From contig CAXXTH010000017.1 in the NCBI GenBank assembly GCA_963668025.2, positions 1,344,001-1,408,000 of the forward strand: a stretch of DNA of 64,000 nt. The letters are read 5' to 3'. Below, piece after piece: positions 39,452 to 49,755 of this stretch (the first letter of the stretch is position 1; every line of letters begins with the position of its first letter). A program made the position numbers and the translations under genes. The notes under the pieces are model-generated. The model saw only the letters and a program-made list of their open reading frames with translations, ran no database searches and was not told the origin of the DNA. This DNA comes from Candidatus Hydrogenedentota bacterium. Its GTDB lineage: Bacteria; Hydrogenedentota; Hydrogenedentia; Hydrogenedentales; SLHB01.

Positions 39452-41134
39452 ATGTTTGAAACGATACGAATACAGAATTATGCGCTAATCAATGAAGTGG
39501 AACTCGAGTTCCGGCCCGGGCTTACCGTGCTCACTGGCGAGACGGGCGCGGGGAAATCCATTATAGTGGATGCGCTCAACTTGGTGTTGGGTAGCCGCGC
39601 TTCCGCGGAAGTCGTGCGGGAAGGCGCGCGCAAAGCGCAAGTGGATGCCTTGTTCCGCATGGAAAAAGTGCCCCGGCGCCTGGCCCGCCTCCTCAAAGAA
39701 CATGATATCGAACTCGAGGATGGCTGTCTACTGCTTTCCCGGTCGGTATCTGCGGATGGCCGGAGCCGGGCGTATGCAGGTGGAAACCTCGTGCCTGCGG
39801 GCGTTTTGGCGGCCATAGGCGATGAAATGGTGGACCTGCATGGCCAGCATGAACACCAGTCCCTGCTAAATCCCGAACGGCAAATGGACCTGTTGGATGG
39901 CTTCGGTGGCACGGAAGAGGACGCCGTGGCGGTGGCTCAAATTGTAAGTGAGCTTCGCGACCTCGATAAGTCTATCGCGGATCTGGAGGCCGATGACCGG
40001 GAACGGGAGCGGCGTTTGGAGTTTTTACGGTTCGAGGTCGGCGAGATTGACGCCGCCGCCCTTCAGCCGGGAGAAGAGGAAGAAACCAAGGGACGGCGCA
40101 ACCTAATCGCCAATGCGGAGACCATCGTCAACTTGACCTCGACGGCCTATGGTTCGCTGTACGAACAGGATGAAGGAGCGGCCATAGATCGGATGAATAC
40201 GGCGCTGAAAGCGCTTATGGAATTATCCGAGATTGATGGCCAATTCCAGCCGTTCGTGCTTCAACTCGAACGCCTCCGCTCCGAAGTGGAAGATCTTGCG
40301 CGCCAAGTCCGCGTTTTTACGGACCAAGTCGAGTACGATCCAAACGAACTGGATAATTGCAGCGCCCGTTTGGCATTAATTAGCGGCCTGCGCCGCAAGT
40401 ATGGCGAAACCATCGAGGTGATCTTGGAATACCGCGCCAAGGCGGGGGAAGAGATTGACCGGTATGAACAGCGGGATCAACGGCTTGCGGAGATGAATGC
40501 CCGCCGCATCACGTTGCGGGAACAAGCGCATATTGCCGCTCAAACCCTCTCGCGCAAGCGAAAAAATGTGGCGGCAAAGCTCGATCGATATGTCACGGAG
40601 AGCTTGCAAGAACTGGGCATGAAGGGCGGCCTGTTCAAGACCCGTTTCGAGAACGCGGAATTAGGCTCGATTGGCATTGATCGAGTCGAGTTTTTGCTGA
40701 CGGCGAATCCAGGTGAAAAAGCCAAGCCCTTGCGCCAAGTGGCCTCTGGTGGTGAAATCTCGCGGGTCATGCTGGCGCTGAAGACGGTTTTTGCGAATGC
40801 CGACAAAATCCCGACGCTTATATTCGATGAAATTGATTCCGGCGTGGGGGGTGCTATGGCGTCTCAAGTAGCCTTGCGGCTGCGGGATCTCGCATCGTCT
40901 CACCAGACCTTATGCATCACCCATTTGGCGCAAATCGCGGCTTCCGCCCAAACACATTACGTGGTGTCTAAAACCGAAGAGGATGGCCGCACCCTGACCC
41001 ATGTGTTGCGCGTGGAAGGTGAGGCGCGCATTGAAGAAGTGGCGCGCTTGTTAGACGGCTCGCTATCAGGCGTCAGCCTTGAGCATGCGCGTGCTTTGCT
41101 CAAGGGGGCCATGGAAGGCGCGGCTAAGGAATAA
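39452..41134 (+). CDS. recN: DNA repair protein RecN
   Basis: [47 protein letters not shown]. Confidence 0.97.
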   Translation: MFETIRIQNYALINEVELEFRPGLTVLTGETGAGKSIIVDALNLVLGSRASAEVVREGARKAQVDALFRMEKVPRRLARLLKEHDIELEDGCLLLSRSVSADGRSRAYAGGNLVPAGVLAAIGDEMVDLHGQHEHQSLLNPERQMDLLDGFGGTEEDAVAVAQIVSELRDLDKSIADLEADDRERERRLEFLRFEVGEIDAAALQPGEEEETKGRRNLIANAETIVNLTSTAYGSLYEQDEGAAIDRMNTALKALMELSEIDGQFQPFVLQLERLRSEVEDLARQVRVFTDQVEYDPNELDNCSARLALISGLRRKYGETIEVILEYRAKAGEEIDRYEQRDQRLAEMNARRITLREQAHIAAQTLSRKRKNVAAKLDRYVTESLQELGMKGGLFKTRFENAELGSIGIDRVEFLLTANPGEKAKPLRQVASGGEISRVMLALKTVFANADKIPTLIFDEIDSGVGGAMASQVALRLRDLASSHQTLCITHLAQIAASAQTHYVVSKTEEDGRTLTHVLRVEGEARIEEVARLLDGSLSGVSLEHARALLKGAMEGAAKE

Positions 41135-41339
41135 GGCCGGATATATTCTCCATCGTCGCGGCGGCGGCATGGGCGTTTTCCTCTTGAATGGCGAGGTAGA
41201 CTTCCCTGCGATGTACGGGCACGGCGCGCGGTGCAACAATGCCGATTTTCACCTGATTGTCTTTAATGTCAAGGACCTTCACTTCTATGTCCTCGCCAAT
41301 CATGATGCTCTCATCTTCCTTACGCGTGAGAACGAGCAT
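41124..41339 (-). CDS. csrA: Carbon storage regulator CsrA
   Basis: [30 protein letters not shown]; RBS AGGAGGT; start 41339. Confidence 0.96.
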   Translation of the reverse strand: MLVLTRKEDESIMIGEDIEVKVLDIKDNQVKIGIVAPRAVPVHRREVYLAIQEENAHAAAATMENISGLIP

Positions 41340-41790
41340 CGGACACCTCCTTGTCATTGGCGCTCTGGCGGGCTTGCGCAAGGAAAAATTGCACGGGATA
41401 AGGGCTGTTTTCAAGTATAACCTGTTTGGCCAGCCGCTGGCGCAGGTTGATTAGGATGGGCGCTTTCAGATTCGTCCTGATCTTTTGGGGATCCGGCGGC
41501 GCAACCACCAAGGTGAAGGGGGTGATATCCTCGGGTTTCGATGCGGCAAGCTCGGCCAAGTCATGCGGCGATGCTTGCACTTTATAATCGGGCACAACCG
41601 AATAGGGATTCATAAGGATAAAAGCTAATTTCCCCGAGTCTGTAGATTGCAGCCAATGCAGAAATTTGCTTGGCCCTGGCAACAAGACATAGCGCCGATA
41701 TTCTTGGAAACCCAGAATGGGCTGAGTGAACGTGATAATGCTATTTTCTTCGACGCTGATCGCGCCAAATCGCGTAGTCACGAGTTCCAT
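41320..41790 (-). CDS. fliW: FliW (CsrA antagonist / flagellar assembly factor)
   Basis: [41 protein letters not shown]; overlaps csrA. Confidence 0.93.
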   Translation of the reverse strand: MELVTTRFGAISVEENSIITFTQPILGFQEYRRYVLLPGPSKFLHWLQSTDSGKLAFILMNPYSVVPDYKVQASPHDLAELAASKPEDITPFTLVVAPPDPQKIRTNLKAPILINLRQRLAKQVILENSPYPVQFFLAQARQSANDKEVSDARSHA

Positions 41791-42046
41791 GAAATCGCCT
41801 TCCGAAATACCGCCTCCACCCAACCGCATCAGTATGCGCGAAACATGCGTCTTCTTGCAAGAGCGCATGATGTGCTCGAATGTTTGCTTACTCACGTGGA
41901 CGCAGAGGGCGCGGGAGAGCGCATGGCTTATCATAAAGATATGAGTACGATGATGTTTTTTACCATTCGCATTACAGCCGGTCCATCACTTCGTATTCCC
42001 CGTTTCTTAGGCCAAAATCCTGAGCAGTGGACATGGCTTGCCATGT

Positions 42047-45000
42047 CTATTGCTGCCGATGATGGGGCAGGCCGTTGCTCCCGGCGTACCAGAGCGTATC
42101 TTCTCCTAGCAAATCTTCCACTTGCCGCCGCAATTCAGGGCTCGGCGCGGCCATGCATGCTTTCGTGGCATGAATAATCACTTCTTCTTGTTCTATGGTT
42201 TGGCAGTGTAGATACACATCGCATTTGCCGGGGCGGTTCGAGAGGATTTCGGCCAGATGCTCCATGAGGCTTTTATCAAGCCCGACGGAGTGGACGCGCA
42301 CATGCACCTCGCGGGTGAGTTTGTGCTCGGCTTCTTCGATGGGCATCACGTCCACGGCGATGAGGCCGGGCTGGTCGTTGCGGACGCTCACCCGGGCAGG
42401 CGCCATGACCGCCATATCGTTGACCAGCAAGCCCGCCCGCTCCTCGAAAATATCCGAGAAGACGGTCAATTCACAGGGGCCCTCGAGGGTGTCTAAGGTG
42501 ATAAACGCCATACGCTTGCCCTTCGAGGTCGTGTGGAGCTTGACGGCGGATATCATGCCTCCCACAACAACCTCTTGCCCATCACGCATGTCCGCCAGCT
42601 CGCTAATGCGCGTTGTGCTGAATCGTTCAAGTATTTTCGCGTGCCGCGCAAGGGGATGGCTCGATACGTACAGGCCCAGCATTTCCTTTTCATAGGCAAG
42701 AAGCTCGCTCTCGGGCCATTCAGAGAGATTCGGGCGCGCGTGCATATTCCCGTTTCCACCCTGCTCCGCCATAAGATCAAAGAGGGATGTTTGGCCGGAC
42801 TCGCGCTCACGCTGGGCGATTTGGCCTTCGCTAATAGCTGAGTCGAGGGATTCCTCGACCTCGCGGCGGGTCCAGCCCGTGCTTGCGAAGGCTCCCGCGC
42901 GATTCAGGCTTTCGAGAACGCGGCGGTTGGTGACGCGGGAATCGACCCGGCTGCAAAAATCGAAAATATCGGCATATGGCCCTTCGGCCTTGCGCTCGGC
43001 GACGATGGATTCGACGGCTCCGCCGCCTACGTTTTTCACCGCGCCCAGGCCGAATCGGATGCACTTGCTCTCGACGGTGAAGGCGCTGAAGCTTGAATTG
43101 ACATCGGGCGGCAGGACTTCGAGGCCCATGCGCTTGCATTCCTCGACGTATTCGCCGATTTTATCGAGATTGCCCGATTCGCTCGAGAGCAAGGCGGCCA
43201 TGAATTCCGCCGGATAATTGGCCTTGAGGAAAGCGGTCTGGTAGGCCACGAAGGCGTAGGCCATGCTATGGGACTTGTTGAAGCCATACCCTGCGAACGT
43301 CTCGATTTTGGTGAAAAGGTCTTCCGCCACTTGCTTATCGAGGCCATGGGCCACCGCGCCCTCGACGAATTTGTCCCGCTGTTCGGCCATGACATCGGCC
43401 TTCTTCTTGCCCATGGCCCGGCGGAGGATATCGGCCTGTCCCAGGGTATAGCCCGCGACGGCCTGCACGATCTGCATGACCTGCTCTTGGTAGAGGGCGA
43501 TGCCATACGTTTCTTTTAGAATAGGTTCGAGCAACGGATGGTCGTATTTGATCCGCTCGGGGTGGTGTTTATTCTCGATGTAGTCATCCTTGAGCGCCAT
43601 GGGGCCGGGCCGGTAGAGGGCGACCAAGGCGCAGATCTCCTCGAGGCTTTCGAGGCCGATGCGCCGGGCAAGGTCGCGCATGCCCGAGCTTTCGAGCTGG
43701 AAAACACCCGTCGTCCGGCCAGAACGCAGCAGGGCGTACGCTTTCGGGTCATTCGGCTCGATGGCGTCGATATCGATAGGATTATTCTGGTTGTCTTTGA
43801 TGAACCGCACTGCGTCATGCACCACGGTGAGCGTGCGCAGGCCCAGGAAGTCCATTTTGAGCAGGCCCACTTCCTCGGCGTATTTCATCTCGAATTGCGT
43901 GGCCACGATGTCGCTGCCCGCGGCCTTGAACAGGGGCACATGGTCCGTGAGGGGCTGGTCGCAGATGATGACCCCTGCGGCGTGGGTGCCGCAGTTGCCG
44001 ATGGTGCCCTCGAGGCGCGTGGCCAGGTTCCACAAGCGCGCCACTTGGGGGTCATCCTTCACCATTTGCTGTAATTCAGGCTCGCGCTCGTAGGCGTCCT
44101 TGAGTTTGATCTTCAATTCATCGGGGATGAGCTTGGCGATGCGGTCCACATCGCTATACGGCATGCCGAGCACGCGGCCCACATTACGCACCACCTGCTT
44201 GGCGAGCATCCGGCCAAACGTGATGATCTGGCTTACATTGTCCTGGCCATATTTGGCGCGCACATACTCGATCACCTCGCCGCGCCGGTTGTAACAGAAA
44301 TCGAGGTCGAAATCGGGCATCGAGATGCGCTCGGGATTGAGAAAGCGCTCGAAGAGCAGGTTATACCGGATCGGGTCGATATTGGTGATCTGAAGGGCGA
44401 AGGCCACGAGGCTGCCCGCACCTGAGCCGCGCCCAGGGCCTACGGGGATGTCTTTGCTCCGCGCGAAGGCGATCAAATCCCAGACCACGAGGAAATAGTC
44501 CACGAATCCCATTTGCTCGATGACACCCAGCTCGAAATCGGCGCGGTCGAGATGGGCCTGGGTCGGCTGCCCATCATAACGCGCTTCGAGTCCGAGCCGG
44601 ACCTGATGGCGCAGAAAGTCCACTTTGCTCATGCCCTCGGGCGGCTTGTATTCGGGGATGAGGTGCTGGTGCAGCGGCAGCTCGATGTTGCAGCGCGCCG
44701 CCACTTTCTCCGTGTTCGATACCGCCTCGGGCCAGTGCTCGAATTTAACGTGCATTTCCTCGGGGCTTGTGAAGTAATACTGAGGCCCGCCGGGGAAACG
44801 AAAGCGTTTTTCCTCGTCGATGGTGGCGTTGGTCTGGATGGCGAGCAAAGCATCGTGGGCCAGCGCATCTTCTTTATCGGTGTAATGGCAGTCATTCGTG
44901 GCGATGAGCATAAGGCCGTATTGCTCCGCCATCTCGGCCAAGAGCGGATTGACCTTCTGGTCTTCGGGCAGGCCGTGGTCCATGATCTCGACCAGCAGAT

Positions 45001-45514
45001 TGTCGCGCCCGAAAATCTCGATGTAGCGTTTGAGCGCCTCGTGGGCGGCGTCGATCTCCTCGTGCAACAGATGCTGCGGCACCACGCCCGCCAGGCAGGC
45101 TGTGGTGGCAATGAGCCCCTCTCGGTGCTTGTACAGTAAATCAAGGTCCACGCGCGGGCGATAATGAAATCCATCGAGATAGCCGGAAGAGCTTAATTTA
45201 CAAAGGTTATGGTATCCGGTCTCGTTTTCGCAGAGGAGCAGGAGATGGTTGTGGGAAGCGCCCGCCGATTTCGCGGATTTATCCGTCCGGCTGCCTTTCG
45301 CGACGTACAGCTCCGCGCCGATGATGGGTTTGATGCCCGCCCTTTGGGCGGCAAGATAGAAATCCACCGCACCAAATAAATTGCCGTGGTCCGTGATGGC
45401 CAGCGAACGCATGCCATACGTCTTGCACCGCTCGATCAAATCATGGACTTTGCAGGCCCCATCCAGGACGCTGTATTCGGAATGACAATGCAGGTGGACA
45501 AATCCGCCGCTCAT
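42047..45514 (-). CDS. dnaE: DNA polymerase III alpha subunit
   Basis: FVHLHCHSEYSVLDG, ITDHGN, GPGRGSGAGS, FERFLNPERISMPDFDLDF, GYGFNKSH, OB fold. Confidence 0.98.
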   Translation of the reverse strand: MSGGFVHLHCHSEYSVLDGACKVHDLIERCKTYGMRSLAITDHGNLFGAVDFYLAAQRAGIKPIIGAELYVAKGSRTDKSAKSAGASHNHLLLLCENETGYHNLCKLSSSGYLDGFHYRPRVDLDLLYKHREGLIATTACLAGVVPQHLLHEEIDAAHEALKRYIEIFGRDNLLVEIMDHGLPEDQKVNPLLAEMAEQYGLMLIATNDCHYTDKEDALAHDALLAIQTNATIDEEKRFRFPGGPQYYFTSPEEMHVKFEHWPEAVSNTEKVAARCNIELPLHQHLIPEYKPPEGMSKVDFLRHQVRLGLEARYDGQPTQAHLDRADFELGVIEQMGFVDYFLVVWDLIAFARSKDIPVGPGRGSGAGSLVAFALQITNIDPIRYNLLFERFLNPERISMPDFDLDFCYNRRGEVIEYVRAKYGQDNVSQIITFGRMLAKQVVRNVGRVLGMPYSDVDRIAKLIPDELKIKLKDAYEREPELQQMVKDDPQVARLWNLATRLEGTIGNCGTHAAGVIICDQPLTDHVPLFKAAGSDIVATQFEMKYAEEVGLLKMDFLGLRTLTVVHDAVRFIKDNQNNPIDIDAIEPNDPKAYALLRSGRTTGVFQLESSGMRDLARRIGLESLEEICALVALYRPGPMALKDDYIENKHHPERIKYDHPLLEPILKETYGIALYQEQVMQIVQAVAGYTLGQADILRRAMGKKKADVMAEQRDKFVEGAVAHGLDKQVAEDLFTKIETFAGYGFNKSHSMAYAFVAYQTAFLKANYPAEFMAALLSSESGNLDKIGEYVEECKRMGLEVLPPDVNSSFSAFTVESKCIRFGLGAVKNVGGGAVESIVAERKAEGPYADIFDFCSRVDSRVTNRRVLESLNRAGAFASTGWTRREVEESLDSAISEGQIAQRERESGQTSLFDLMAEQGGNGNMHARPNLSEWPESELLAYEKEMLGLYVSSHPLARHAKILERFSTTRISELADMRDGQEVVVGGMISAVKLHTTSKGKRMAFITLDTLEGPCELTVFSDIFEERAGLLVNDMAVMAPARVSVRNDQPGLIAVDVMPIEEAEHKLTREVHVRVHSVGLDKSLMEHLAEILSNRPGKCDVYLHCQTIEQEEVIIHATKACMAAPSPELRRQVEDLLGEDTLWYAGSNGLPHHRQQ

Positions 45515-45535
45515 GTGGGAATCTCCAAATATGAT

Positions 45536-46288
45536 CTATTGTTGTGCATCATAATCGTTGTAATCTTTTGAGGCCATTGGCGAGAAACCTTCGGGCCATT
45601 TCCCGGACAGCTCGATCAAAATGCGCTGCTGGTAGGGATCCGTCTTCTGATTGCGTTTCACTACGCGGGCGCGAATACTGTTCTGCGATTCATTTACGAC
45701 GCTCACGAGATCTTGCACCAGATAACGTGGAGCCCATCCAATCATATAGTAATCCGTGGTCTGAAGCTGAATGGCGAACGTAGTGGCGGGATTATTCAGT
45801 TCAACCGCCACGCATAAGTTTTCATCCGCCTGAAGCAAATCGATGCGTTCCTTGGCGGCATCGCTTAGGTGGCGCCAGCCATGCAAGAAAAAACGGCAAC
45901 AAAAAAAACCGTCAGGTGTTGGCGACAATTTTGGGAATACTTCGAGTGAGTCCGTCTGGCGGCGCCCCTCCGTGACGGCGAGAATCACCATGGGGTCAGG
46001 GTGCTGAGAATCAAGGCCCAGTATGCGGAGATGCTCTTGGAAATCTTTGCGCTTAGGAGAGAGAATCCGGTTTTTGAACAAAGGGAAAAGCTCGTCGGAA
46101 TGATATTTTTCCTCGAATTTGGGAAACGAAACGAATGGACGAAGATTGGCTTCACGATTGGCGCGATACGCGCCGTGGAGATAGCCGAAATGGAAAGGCC
46201 CATTCGGCGAATCGGCCTCAAGTCGCCCAATCGGATACCATTCCCGGCTCTTGGCGGGATTTTGCCAGGCCATATAAACTGTTGTCAT
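45536..46288 (-). CDS. HipS-like + HIRAN domain protein
   Basis: N-terminal WQNP..WYPIGRL..FHFGY..ELFPLFKNRILSPKR (HipA N-terminal/HipS-like); C-terminal FFLHGWRH..ELNNP..AIQL..IGWAPRYL (HIRAN); ATGA overlap with the kinase. Confidence 0.8.
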   Translation of the reverse strand: MTTVYMAWQNPAKSREWYPIGRLEADSPNGPFHFGYLHGAYRANREANLRPFVSFPKFEEKYHSDELFPLFKNRILSPKRKDFQEHLRILGLDSQHPDPMVILAVTEGRRQTDSLEVFPKLSPTPDGFFCCRFFLHGWRHLSDAAKERIDLLQADENLCVAVELNNPATTFAIQLQTTDYYMIGWAPRYLVQDLVSVVNESQNSIRARVVKRNQKTDPYQQRILIELSGKWPEGFSPMASKDYNDYDAQQ

Positions 46289-47214
46289 GGTGCTATTCCT
46301 TTTAATTCATGGAGCGTATATTGCACCAATTTCGCACAAAAAGAACGAGCAGCCTCACTCATCACGTCATCAGGCATGAGATCAAACACATGAAGCATTT
46401 CCTTTTCACATAATTGCTTGAAATGATCCAACCACTCGGCAAACAACTCAGGATGCTTCAAGGAAGCCCCGCGAACGAGTTCTATTGGATTCTCCGAACG
46501 CGCGCTCGTGGCGTCGAGATATATCGCGCCTTTCCCGTTCCTAACATATTTTGCTATATTTTTATGCTTATCGCGTCTGGCTTCGTCGGTAAGCTCCCGG
46601 CCCAGAGAAGAGCCGTGATCATAGGATGGAGATAGCGTGTACTCGTCAGAATCTGTATTCAGAATCAGCGCCCAATTCTCATGATGGCGGTCCGTGTTGC
46701 CGATAAGCGCATCGAGCATTAGAAGCCCGGCAAAACTCCGCTTGACCTGCAAAGCATCCGAAGCCGTGACAGTCGCATCAATCGCATTTATGATATTCGC
46801 GAACGTATGATCGCGTTGTCCTCGCAGTTTATCTTTTTCATATTCGGGCATCCACCCAGCTAGCACCTCATTGCCATGCACCAACACGCCTTCTTGAATG
46901 AGTGAATTCATCTCATCTTGGTGATGCGCAATTACATTCCGGCAAACAGTTCCTAGTTTTTCACCTATCCGCACGAGTTCCACTTGTGCGGCAGGTATCC
47001 CGGCAATGCACGCCAATTCATAAGCCAATTTTTCCGCCCAGTGCTCTCCCGTGCATGGCCTTGGGAATTTTAATAACCAGGGGTGAGCATCATCAGCTAA
47101 TTGAATCCATTTCTTATCTTTGCTTCCGAGTTGTTCCGTTTGAATCTGTTCTAGAGAATCCGAAGGCAATTCAAGCAGCTTAAATTGTCCATTTTCGTCT
47201 CTACAGGGAATCAA
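46285..47214 (-). CDS. HipA-like Ser/Thr kinase (core domain only)
   Basis: LGSKDKKW, LLKFPR, EHWAEKLAYELA, DALIGNTDRHHENW, LSPSYDHGSSL. Confidence 0.88.
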   Translation of the reverse strand: MIPCRDENGQFKLLELPSDSLEQIQTEQLGSKDKKWIQLADDAHPWLLKFPRPCTGEHWAEKLAYELACIAGIPAAQVELVRIGEKLGTVCRNVIAHHQDEMNSLIQEGVLVHGNEVLAGWMPEYEKDKLRGQRDHTFANIINAIDATVTASDALQVKRSFAGLLMLDALIGNTDRHHENWALILNTDSDEYTLSPSYDHGSSLGRELTDEARRDKHKNIAKYVRNGKGAIYLDATSARSENPIELVRGASLKHPELFAEWLDHFKQLCEKEMLHVFDLMPDDVMSEAARSFCAKLVQYTLHELKGIAP

Positions 47215-47279
47215 CGATGCTCACCGCCTTTATGCTTGATACCATGCTGGACCGATTATCACCGCATTCGCCTTCAAAC

Positions 47280-47777
47280 CTAGCTGCGTGAAGTGTTTGA
47301 GACGCCTTCGATCAATTCCGCCAGTATTTCGAGGGCGCGCTGGGCGGTTTGTTCCTTGATCTCGATACGCCCGCCGGAAAACTCATTGCGCTTGACCATG
47401 GTTTCCTCGGGGCCAGCCACGCCAATGTAGACAAGCCCCACCGGTTTTTCAGGCGTGCCGCCCGAAGGCCCGGCGATGCCAGTGACGCCGATGCCCCAAT
47501 CCGCGCCGAATCGGGTGCGCGCGCCTTCGGCCATCTGCTGGGCCACGGCGGCGCTGACAGCGCCGTAATACGTCAAATCCGCTTCCATGACCCCTAGCAG
47601 CTCGATCTTGGCTTTATTGCTATATGTTACAACGCCTCCAAGGAAATAGGCGGAAGCGCCGGATACATTGGTGACGCGATGGGCGATCAAGCCGCCCGAG
47701 CACGATTCCGCTGTCGCCAACGTTTGGCCCATTTCCAAAAGCGCATGGCCGATGGCTTCCTCGATAGGAATATCCAT
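47280..47777 (-). CDS. pncC: CinA C-terminal domain protein (NMN deamidase)
   Basis: ATAESCSGG, SGASAYF.GG.VTYSN.AK, GAVS, TGIAGPSGGT.EKPVG. Confidence 0.9.
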   Translation of the reverse strand: MDIPIEEAIGHALLEMGQTLATAESCSGGLIAHRVTNVSGASAYFLGGVVTYSNKAKIELLGVMEADLTYYGAVSAAVAQQMAEGARTRFGADWGIGVTGIAGPSGGTPEKPVGLVYIGVAGPEETMVKRNEFSGGRIEIKEQTAQRALEILAELIEGVSNTSRS

Positions 47778-47871
47778 ATCGGATTCTCCAAGATTCTTTC
47801 CAGGCATTCGGCTCCGCAACTTGCTTTACCTTATCATCCTCAAGGCAAGTGGGACAAGGGGGAATTCAGGC

Positions 47872-48711
47872 TCATTCAGAAAGGACCGCATGAACAGCCT
47901 GCTTCACGGAAGGCCATGGAGCGCCGGTGAGCACCGTGACATGCCTGCCATGAGGAGCCCATATGGCTGGATTCGTGGGGCCAAAGAGGGCGAAAGTGCG
48001 GCAGCCCACGGCTGCGGCGAGATGGGTCACGCCACTGTCGTTGCCCACATAAGCGTGCGCCGATGCGAGGATGTGGGCAAGCTCGACCAAGGAGTCGCTT
48101 CGCAGGAGTTCCACGCCGAATGGCGGCAGCGCTTCTTCCTCCGCAGGCCCGGTGCACCAGGCCACATGACGGCCTGCATCCATAAGGGCGCGGCCCAAAT
48201 CTTGAAACTTTTCCAAGGGCCAGTTCTTACGTTTGCCACCGCTGCCGGGGTGGAGCACCACGTCATGTGTTTCATCGGAAGGTGCGACAAACAGCCGGAA
48301 CGGCGGACTGGGCGGATATCCGAGTTGCTCCAAATAATACTCCGAGGCGTGGCGCTCCCACTGTTCCGGCGGCAAACCGGGAAATACGCGCACATCCGGC
48401 ACGCCGCATTCCTGCAATGCATGTGCGATTTCGCCCGTGTCGCGCATCCACACAACCGCTCGAGCGAAGCGCGCAAGATGCGCGCGGAGGCGTTTGCTGG
48501 GGGTGGTGAACAACGAGTCGAAGTCCACGGCGTCGAAATGGACCGCCCGTTCGGCCAATCCGCCCGCCACGGCAAGGGCTAGGCGATCCGGACGCCCCAG
48601 CAATTCGACGGGGCCTTCCGCCGCCAGATGGGCCAATGCCGGGCACGTGAGCAAGAAATCGCCAATGCCGCCGCTATGCGCCATGAGGGTGCGTTGAGAT
48701 GCTTGTTTCAT
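47872..48711 (-). CDS. Glycosyltransferase family 9 (heptosyltransferase-like)
   Basis: GGIGDFLL, LHPGSG..KNWP, YVGNDSGVTHLAAA, ALFGPT. Confidence 0.9.
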   Translation of the reverse strand: MKQASQRTLMAHSGGIGDFLLTCPALAHLAAEGPVELLGRPDRLALAVAGGLAERAVHFDAVDFDSLFTTPSKRLRAHLARFARAVVWMRDTGEIAHALQECGVPDVRVFPGLPPEQWERHASEYYLEQLGYPPSPPFRLFVAPSDETHDVVLHPGSGGKRKNWPLEKFQDLGRALMDAGRHVAWCTGPAEEEALPPFGVELLRSDSLVELAHILASAHAYVGNDSGVTHLAAAVGCRTFALFGPTNPAIWAPHGRHVTVLTGAPWPSVKQAVHAVLSE

Positions 48712-48744
48712 GAATGATTCCGTACGGTGAAAAAACGGTCATTA

Positions 48745-49359
48745 TTACGCGGGTGCTTTCCGCTCCATGTAGTAGAAACGAACTTGTGGAACACTGCCTT
48801 CAAAACGTGCGTGGGGAGCGATATGTGCGTTTTCCGGCGCCCTCATGTCAATCATGTTGAGGTAAGGGTCATCCTTCCAAAACTCGCCCGTTTTGATGAA
48901 TCCCGCTTTTTTATAGCACCGGACTGCACGCTCATTGGGGCCCGCCACATCGAATCGTATACTCGTGAGCCCACTCCCGAAGGCCCAGTCACAAAGAAGC
49001 TGCATCATGGATGTCCCAAGTCCCCTATCGCAAAGATCAGGCCTGAGTCGAACACCAAGATTGCCTACTGATCCAGTTTCCCAGTCAATATCCATAAGAG
49101 CAAGGTAACCTGCACACGAGGTGGTCCGCCAGTCAGCGACTATCGGAAAACGGTGTTCATCGGTTGCCCGGCTCTCAAACCATGCATCATTACTTGCCCT
49201 ATCGTCACCAGCAAAAGTCGGCTGAAACATCGTGAAAGGGGGTGGATATTTTGGCCATTCCAGTAACGTGTCGATGTCAGCGCGCTCAAGAACGCGAATG
49301 GTCATACCGTCGCGTTCGGCAGGCAGGCGATGATAAAGCTTGTGTTTGGATAGGCTCAT
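48745..49359 (-). CDS. GNAT N-acetyltransferase (RimJ/RimL-like)
   Basis: DRGLGT, NERAVRCYKKAGF; start moved to ATG 49359 (AGGAG). Confidence 0.85.
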   Translation of the reverse strand: MSLSKHKLYHRLPAERDGMTIRVLERADIDTLLEWPKYPPPFTMFQPTFAGDDRASNDAWFESRATDEHRFPIVADWRTTSCAGYLALMDIDWETGSVGNLGVRLRPDLCDRGLGTSMMQLLCDWAFGSGLTSIRFDVAGPNERAVRCYKKAGFIKTGEFWKDDPYLNMIDMRAPENAHIAPHARFEGSVPQVRFYYMERKAPA

Positions 49360-49507
49360 TTTGCAGCTCCTGATTGCGCCTTGCCCAGAGAGAACAAGAG
49401 TAAAGATCGGGCGTTTCATTCGCAAGATGGTGTCGCTGGATTGTCTCAGCGTTTGTCCTTTGGACTGCGAGCCTTTCCACCACTGGCCAGAACCAGAGAG
49501 CTGCTCT

Positions 49508-49660
49508 TTGAACCACGAAAAGCCCAGCGCGGCACGGCCATGGCAAAAGAGTTGGATCTTGAACCACGAATGGACACCAATGAACACTAATTTTTTCCAC
49601 AGATTGCGCTGATGACACAGATGTAAAAAAGTACTCTTCGTCGATTCGCGGTGAAAAATC
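49508..49660. repeat. Cluster of degenerate short repeats (GAACCACGAA x2, CACAGAT x2)
   Basis: ttgaaccacgaa twice, gaaccacgaatggacaccaatgaacactaat, ccacagattgcgctgatgacacagat. Confidence 0.45.
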
Positions 49661-49755
49661 CAGAGCGTTAGGTGCAGCTATGCCGCGCTAAAGGTGTTGA
49701 AGCTCTATCGGGACGACAGATGCTCAGCCGGTGGTAGTACCGCGTATCGGCTCTG

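Noticed and set aside
47668-48582. 304-aa + strand ORF
   Set aside because: Shadow of the GT9 and pncC genes.
49360-49587. N-terminal extension of the GNAT ORF
   Set aside because: Runs through repeat DNA; a good RBS precedes ATG 49359.
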